Shown here one piece after another: positions 58,184 through 64,000 of a DNA stretch of 64,000 nt (the first letter of the stretch is position 1; the number at the start of each line of letters is the position of its first letter). The notes beneath the pieces were generated by a model that was given only the letters and a program-made list of their open reading frames with translations, was not told where the DNA came from and made no database searches. The stretch is from Prevotella sp. (lineage in GTDB: Bacteria; Bacteroidota; Bacteroidia; Bacteroidales; Bacteroidaceae). A program made the position numbers and the translations under genes. The stretch is taken from assembly GCA_045112595.1 (NCBI GenBank), contig JBGUIA010000046.1:17531-81530 (forward strand), in the 5' to 3' direction.

Positions 58184-59341
58184 CTATCTCATTATCTTTG
58201 CTTCACCATTGAAAGCACATATCTCAGCGGCCAGCATGTTGAGATTGTGAAAGCGGCTGTAGTCGCTGTCGGATGGTACACTGCCGACATCGCCCATTGT
58301 GTCGAGATCCCAAGGAGCCAATATGAGCAAGGCTCCCCTTGCACAAGCCTCAAAGCGCTTTTTCTCGGGCTTCCAGTACTGGGCTATGGGGGTCGCCTGC
58401 AGATGTATCAGCGGATAGCCCCGTTCTATGCACTCATTCTTCATCAGTTGTTCACCGCGGGAGATGCCCGGGGTGACAATGACGGTGCCACCTTCCATGA
58501 TGGCTGCCTCCCATTGGCTTCGTTCACGGGCGTAATCGTCGGTTTCTTCATAAGGACGGTGGCTTACAGGGTGGCGGCGATGGCACATCACTTGCACCTT
58601 ACGAGGCCACCTCAGAAGGAACAGGTTGCCGAATGCCCCATAACTACGACCGCCTATCTGCACATGCAGACATCTGCTCATGAAGTCGGGCAGGAGTCGT
58701 CTCAATTGAGCACGGCGAGGGTTGTCATGCACATAGGCTATCATCGCCTGACGGTGGCGCTCGTCAAGGCACACCGTGTCGTCGTAGTTGTCATCGAAAA
58801 GCGGGCGTAGCTGACGTCCCACGAAAGTGTAGTACGCCTGCCGTTGCTTCTTTGACATGCTGCGAATGAGGGTTCCCTCGTCAGAGTGAAGGGCAGCCTT
58901 TTCGCGCAGCCAGGCTGGGGCGGCATCAGTCCTGCAATCGGCCGAGATCGGTCGATTGCAGGAGGATGGGAGGCCCTGTTGCTGCTGCCACCAACTGGTG
59001 CAGGAAGCCTTGAAGGCCTGGATGACATCACCCAGACTCCACTGCATGGGCTCCAGAACTTCGATAACGCCGTGGAAATGGTCAGGCATACACACGCATG
59101 CATGCACCACTACGCTGTTTCCATGAGCCTGTGAGCGGGCGGGTATCTGTAGCCATGCCTCCTGCACCGCCTCGCCAAGAGGAGTGAGGGCAAGGGTGGA
59201 TTTGCGACCGAGATCGGTCACAAAATGAGAGAGCAGCTGTTCACGGCCACTCACCACAAGGGTGATGAAATAGGTGCCACAACCATAGTAGTCGTGGCCT
59301 GCATTACGTGGACGATAGGACAAAGCGTTTGAAGTATCCAT
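58184..59341 (-). mobile_element. RAYT/IS200-like HUH (Y1) tyrosine transposase with a C-terminal DprA/SLOG-like domain
   Basis: HDY...YFITL, TPLG, CMPDHFHGVI (HUH), LGDVIQAFK, LFDDNYDD, AYVHDNP (catalytic Tyr); C-terminal VIVTPGISRGE...PLIHL...GALLILAPW...HNLN. Confidence 0.8.
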
Positions 59342-59410
59342 TGCTATTTTTTGCAAAGATAGGCAATTATTCTGATACTTACAAACAAAAAGTGAAAAAG
59401 TAGTAATGAG

Positions 59411-59448
59411 GAGAAAAAAAGAGGATGTGCCAATTGTGACACATCCTC
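59411..59448. terminator. Hairpin downstream of nuoN (terminator/REP-like); right copy of the direct repeat
   Basis: GAGGATGTG-10 nt-CACATCCTC followed by T7 on the minus strand. Confidence 0.75.
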
Positions 59449-59473
59449 TAAAGGGATTATACGTATTGACTAC

Positions 59474-60934
59474 TTACATGGTCGAGGCGGCGAAGAGGTA
59501 GTCGTAGATGCATGAGCAAATGCCGAAGAGGGCGATGCCTGCGGTGCAGATGGCGAGGGCAACACGGGTGTTGACATCGGTCGTGAACGTAGGCAGGGGC
59601 GAGTCGCTCGGCTTGATGTACATGGCCTTAACGATGAGCAGATAGTAGTACAAGCTCACGACGGTGTTGACCAAAGCTACGAAGACTACGAAGTAGGCCC
59701 AGAAAGAGCCTTGCTCGGCAGCAGCCATGAACACGAAGAACTTGGAGAACATACCTGCGAACGGGGGAATACCAGCCAGCGAGAACAGGGCGAGCGTCAT
59801 GAGGAACGCCAGCTTCGGGTTGGTCTGGTAGAGGCCGTCGTAGGCGCTGATGGCTGTTAGCGATTGGCCATTAGCTGTTGGCTTTCCATTCTGCTCTACG
59901 GTAGAGATGACGGTGAAGACGGCCATGTTGGCAACGACATACACGAGAATGTAGTACATCAGCGAAGCCATGCCCGTCTGCGAACCACCAATGACTGCCA
60001 ACATGATGTAGCCGGCCTGCGAGATAGAGCTGAAAGCCATGAAGCGCTTAAGCTCGCTCTGACGAATGGCAAAGAGGTTGGCAATGGTGATAGAGAGTAC
60101 GATGACGACGTAGAGCATGTACTCCCAGTACTCTATCATCGGACCGAAGGCCTTCATGAGGATGACCAGTGCAGCAAAGGCTGCGGCACCCTTGGAACAG
60201 ACGGAGAGGTAACCGGTGATGGGCGTCGGAGCACCCTCGTAGGTATCGGCCGTCCAAAAGTGGAAGGGCACCAGCGAGAGCTTGAATGCCAAGCCACTGA
60301 AGAAGAACACGAGACCCATGATGGACAGGGGTGAAGCCAGATAGCTGCCATTGAGCACCTGAGCGGCATCATCGAAGTAGAGCGTACCCGTAGCGGCGTA
60401 GATGAACGAAATGCCGTAAAGCATGACGCCACTGGAGAACGTAGCCACGAGGATGTATTTGGCAGCAGCCTCGGCAGACTTCTTCTTATACTTGTCGAAA
60501 GCCACTAAGCAGGCCATAGGCACTGAGGCAGTCTCGAGTCCGAGGAAGAAGATGAGGAACGAGCCGCTGGACATCATGATATACATACCGAGCAGGGTGC
60601 TCAGCACGAGCAGATGGAACTCACCAGCATAGCGGCGGGCTTCGTTCTCCAGCCAAGGCTCGGCCATCACCACGACGATAAACGTGCCGAAGGTAAGGAT
60701 GAGCTTCATGACCTGAGCAGCCTGACCTGCGACATACATGCCGCCGAAGGCCTCAGCAGGACCGACGGTGGTGAGCATGATGGTCTGGCAGAGCAGCAGG
60801 GCTGCGGTGAGCTTGCCCAGCACGCCAACCTTGCGTTCGCTCTTCGTCAGGCAGAAGTCGGCAAAGAACACGATAATCAATGCGAGAACCAACAAGGCCT
60901 CGGGAATCATATTTAGAAATTGACTATATCCCAT
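59474..60934 (-). CDS. nuoN: NADH-quinone oxidoreductase subunit N
   Basis: [49 protein letters not shown]. Confidence 0.95.
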   Translation of the reverse strand: MGYSQFLNMIPEALLVLALIIVFFADFCLTKSERKVGVLGKLTAALLLCQTIMLTTVGPAEAFGGMYVAGQAAQVMKLILTFGTFIVVVMAEPWLENEARRYAGEFHLLVLSTLLGMYIMMSSGSFLIFFLGLETASVPMACLVAFDKYKKKSAEAAAKYILVATFSSGVMLYGISFIYAATGTLYFDDAAQVLNGSYLASPLSIMGLVFFFSGLAFKLSLVPFHFWTADTYEGAPTPITGYLSVCSKGAAAFAALVILMKAFGPMIEYWEYMLYVVIVLSITIANLFAIRQSELKRFMAFSSISQAGYIMLAVIGGSQTGMASLMYYILVYVVANMAVFTVISTVEQNGKPTANGQSLTAISAYDGLYQTNPKLAFLMTLALFSLAGIPPFAGMFSKFFVFMAAAEQGSFWAYFVVFVALVNTVVSLYYYLLIVKAMYIKPSDSPLPTFTTDVNTRVALAICTAGIALFGICSCIYDYLFAASTM

Positions 60935-60953
60935 AATTTCTTTCTCCTATTAA

Positions 60954-62435
60954 TTAGATGATGTTAGCCAAGATTGGTCCTACGGCGTCAGAGATGACGT
61001 TGCTTGCCCAGAGTGGGAACAGACCGAGGCCAGCCACACATGCGATGAGGCAGATGACGGCGACGCGCTCGTCCCAAGTAGCATCGGTGAGCTCGAGATA
61101 ATGCTTGTTCTTGACCTCGCCATACAGAATCTTACCAACAACACGCAGGATGTAGACTGCCGTGACGACAATCGACGTACAAGCGATGATGGTGGCGATG
61201 CGATGGAACGAATCGGCATTCTCGAACGAACCCACGAAGATGGTCATCTCAGCAATGAAGCCCGAGAAGCCCGGCAGACCGAGGTTGGCCAAACCAGCTA
61301 CGACGTAACCCACAGCGAGGAAAGGCATGATCTTCATCAGGCCGTCCAAGTAGCGGATGTCACGGGTGTGGGTACGACCGTAAATCATACCGATGAGGGC
61401 AAAGAAGAGGGCCGTCATCAGACCGTGAGAGAGCATCTGCAGGATAGCACCCGTGCAAGAGGTCTTGGTCATCATCAGCAGGGCGAAAAGCACCAGACCG
61501 CAGTGTGACACCGACGAGTAAGCGTTGATGTACTTCAGGTCGGTCTGCACGCAAGCCGAGAAGGCACCATAGACCACCGAGATAGTGGTGAGGATGAGGA
61601 ATATCCAAGCCAGCTCGTTGGCTGCATCGGGCAACAGATACATAGCCACGCGGAAGCAGCCGTAGCCTCCCAGCTTCATCAGCACACCAGCGTGGAGCAT
61701 AGACACAGCCGTGGGGGCTGAGGCATGACCGTCAGGTGACCATGTGTGGAAGGGGAACAGGGCGCCCAACACACCGAAGCCGATGAAGATGAAGGGGAAG
61801 AACATCTTCTGGATATCGACGGGAATGTTGTGCATGGCGGCAATCTCGTTGACGTTCATGGTGGTAGCACCGCTGAAGTAGTAGATGCCCAGCAGACCGA
61901 TAATCAACAGGGCAGAACCACCCATCAGCATCAGCGTCAGCTTCATGGCAGCATACTCCTTGTTGCCGGAACCCCAGACACCAATCAGCAGGTACATAGG
62001 AATCAGCGCTACCTCGTAGAACATAAACATGGTGAACATATCGGTGCAGATGAAGAAGCCGTAAACACCCGTCGAAAGCAGGGTGAACCAAAGGAAGTAC
62101 TCCTTGGTGAGGGGCTTCAGCTGCCAAGAGGCAAAGGTACCCGTGAACACGATGATGCTCGACAGGAGCAGCATCACGACAGAGATACCATCGACACCAA
62201 CACTGTAGGCAATATTAAGTGGCTTGAACCAAGGCGTAGAAGCCGTCAACAGCATCACGTCGGTATTACCTGCTGCACGCTGCTGAACGAAATAGATGGT
62301 CAGCCATACGGACAGGGCCAGCAAGCACGAGGCGCCAGCCACCATCACGCCACGCACCTGATTGAGCGACTTGGCCAGCCAAAGGCCAAAGAGCATCAGG
62401 GCGGGAATTACTACGAATAATGTTAATATACTCAT
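60954..62435 (-). CDS. nuoM: NADH-quinone oxidoreductase subunit M
   Basis: GVDGIS, FYEVALIPMY, PFHTWSPDGHASAP, LMKLGGYG, AYSSVSH, LPGFSGFIAE. Confidence 0.95.
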   Translation of the reverse strand: MSILTLFVVIPALMLFGLWLAKSLNQVRGVMVAGASCLLALSVWLTIYFVQQRAAGNTDVMLLTASTPWFKPLNIAYSVGVDGISVVMLLLSSIIVFTGTFASWQLKPLTKEYFLWFTLLSTGVYGFFICTDMFTMFMFYEVALIPMYLLIGVWGSGNKEYAAMKLTLMLMGGSALLIIGLLGIYYFSGATTMNVNEIAAMHNIPVDIQKMFFPFIFIGFGVLGALFPFHTWSPDGHASAPTAVSMLHAGVLMKLGGYGCFRVAMYLLPDAANELAWIFLILTTISVVYGAFSACVQTDLKYINAYSSVSHCGLVLFALLMMTKTSCTGAILQMLSHGLMTALFFALIGMIYGRTHTRDIRYLDGLMKIMPFLAVGYVVAGLANLGLPGFSGFIAEMTIFVGSFENADSFHRIATIIACTSIVVTAVYILRVVGKILYGEVKNKHYLELTDATWDERVAVICLIACVAGLGLFPLWASNVISDAVGPILANII

Positions 62436-62450
62436 AATTGTACTTTCGAT

Positions 62451-64000
62451 TTAGATTGCAAGCAGGATTAATGTTAATGCCACCGTTCCCGTGAGGAACC
62501 ATACTGCATACTGACGGACATCGCCACTCTGCCAGGGACGGAGAGACTCACCAGCCTCGTTGGCACCCCAGGCCATGAAGTTGAACGTGCCGTCAACGAC
62601 ATGACGGTCGAACCAAGCCACAGGCTTAGAGATGCAGCGGAAGATGATGCGATGAGTGACATACTGCCAAATTTCGTCCTGATAGAAACGCTTGTAGGCT
62701 GCACGATGCAGCTTGGGGAACGTCTTATACAGACGATCTGCGATGGGCTGACTCTCACCTTTATATATATAGGTGGCGAGACAGATGCTTAGGATGGCAA
62801 TAATCGTAGAAGTAGCAGCAATCTGCGTGTCGAAGTGGATGGTGTAGTTGGTACCCTCGGCGTTGACAAACTGGCCGAAGCTACCACCCCACTCTGCGAA
62901 ACCTGCGATGGTAGAGTAGATACCCACACCCATCGTAATGACGCAAAGCACAATGAGAGGAATGGTCATCGTAGCAGGAGCCTCATGGGGAGTGTGGTGC
63001 TCGTGAGCCGAGCCTTGCTCGGCATGACATTTCCATTTTGGATTCTCAGTACCCCAGAAGATGCCGTAATACAGACGGAACATGTAGAAGGCGGTCATGG
63101 CAGCGATACCCGTCATAATCCAACCTACCACAGGACTGTAGGCAAAGCAGGCGGTAATGATCTCATCCTTCGAGCTGAAGCCCGAGAAGAAAGGAATACC
63201 TGCAATGGCGAAGCAGCTGATGAGGAAGGTGATGTTGGTAATCGGCATGTACTTGCGCAGACCACCCATCATAGCCATCTCGTTAGAGTGTACGGCGTGG
63301 ATGATACAACCGGCACCAAGGAACAAGCAGGCCTTGAACATAGCGTGGGTGAACAAGTGGAACATACCAGCCATGAAACCCAGCTGTGCGTGATTGTCGA
63401 GCACGCCATGATGACCGGGCAGCGAAACGCCGAGGGCCACCATCATGAAAGCAATCTGAGAAATCGTAGAGAAGGCCAGCACACGCTTGATGTCGCTCTG
63501 GGCACAAGCCACAGCAGCAGCATAGAAAGCGGTGAAGACACCTACCCAGACGACGATGCTCATCTGAGGCTGAGCGTACTCAACCCAGAGCGGGAACATA
63601 CGGGCAATCTGGAACACACCGGCTACCACCATCGTAGCAGCGTGGATGAGTGCAGAGACAGGCGTCGGGCCCTCCATGGCATCGGGCAGCCAGATGTGCA
63701 ACGGGAACATGGCACTCTTACCGGCACCACCGATGAACATCAGCACCAGTGCTGTAGGCAGGATGAAGCCTGCGGCAGCAACGGCCTTGGCTGCATTGCC
63801 GGCGATGAACGGAGTAGTACCCTCGCCCATCACGATGTTGCCAGCAAACGAGAAGCTGAACGAATCGGTGTAGTAACCGAACATCAGGATACCGATGAGG
63901 AAGAACATATCGGCAAAGCGCGTCACGATGAAAGCCTTCTTAGAGGCAGCGATGGCGGGCTTCAACGGATAGTAGAATCCAATCAACAGATAAGAGCTGA
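62451..64000 (-). CDS. nuoL: NADH-quinone oxidoreductase subunit L (5' end outside the window)
   Basis: GKSAMFPLHIWLPDAMEGPTPVSALIHAATMV, DIKRVLAFST, THAMFKACLFL. Confidence 0.95.
   Translation of the reverse strand, partial: SSYLLIGFYYPLKPAIAASKKAFIVTRFADMFFLIGILMFGYYTDSFSFSFAGNIVMGEGTTPFIAGNAAKAVAAAGFILPTALVLMFIGGAGKSAMFPLHIWLPDAMEGPTPVSALIHAATMVVAGVFQIARMFPLWVEYAQPQMSIVVWVGVFTAFYAAAVACAQSDIKRVLAFSTISQIAFMMVALGVSLPGHHGVLDNHAQLGFMAGMFHLFTHAMFKACLFLGAGCIIHAVHSNEMAMMGGLRKYMPITNITFLISCFAIAGIPFFSGFSSKDEIITACFAYSPVVGWIMTGIAAMTAFYMFRLYYGIFWGTENPKWKCHAEQGSAHEHHTPHEAPATMTIPLIVLCVITMGVGIYSTIAGFAEWGGSFGQFVNAEGTNYTIHFDTQIAATSTIIAILSICLATYIYKGESQPIADRLYKTFPKLHRAAYKRFYQDEIWQYVTHRIIFRCISKPVAWFDRHVVDGTFNFMAWGANEAGESLRPWQSGDVRQYAVWFLTGTVALTLILLAI

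Noticed and set aside
58184-59341. IS605-type element with TnpB and omega-RNA
   Set aside because: The C-terminal domain lacks RuvC and zinc-finger motifs, and there is no second ORF.

Overview
A 64-kb chromosomal window from a Bacteroidales bacterium, most likely Prevotellaceae, judged from gene content, TAnnTTTG -7 promoter boxes, a fused LpxC/FabZ and short sigma-70 factors lacking region 1.1. Most of it is housekeeping: ilvD-ilvB-ilvN plus a thioesterase, a GH2-GH53 fusion, OmpA, sigA-HD-lpxD-lpxC/fabZ-lpxA-miaA-PBP1A, LacI-uxaA, a btuBGFC-like uptake operon, a complete rnf operon, maeB, a second sigA paralogue, an AddAB-like helicase/nuclease pair, rubrerythrin, a CE15 esterase and nuoL-M-N. 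The accessory region (about 51.3-59.4 kb) is the most interesting part. (i) An integrase-less, phage-like cassette on the minus strand runs: putative regulator, WYL_2/DUF2693, hypothetical, HNH, P5-like lysozyme, hypothetical, replication-organizer-like protein, DUF4248, HU-CHB fusion and smalltalk peptide. Direct-repeat arrays lie just upstream of its two internal promoters, and it carries three structured CTCG-hairpin-CTCGC elements. (ii) A BspA-type LRR protein follows. (iii) A RAYT/HUH tyrosine transposase fused to a DprA/SLOG-like domain is bracketed by a 27-bp direct repeat derived from a hairpin and has a long palindrome inside its own ORF. Many short palindromes and 7-9-bp tandem arrays sit in frame in core genes across the window. 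No rRNA, tRNA or CRISPR array was seen. All family calls come from motif recognition by eye, not database searches.
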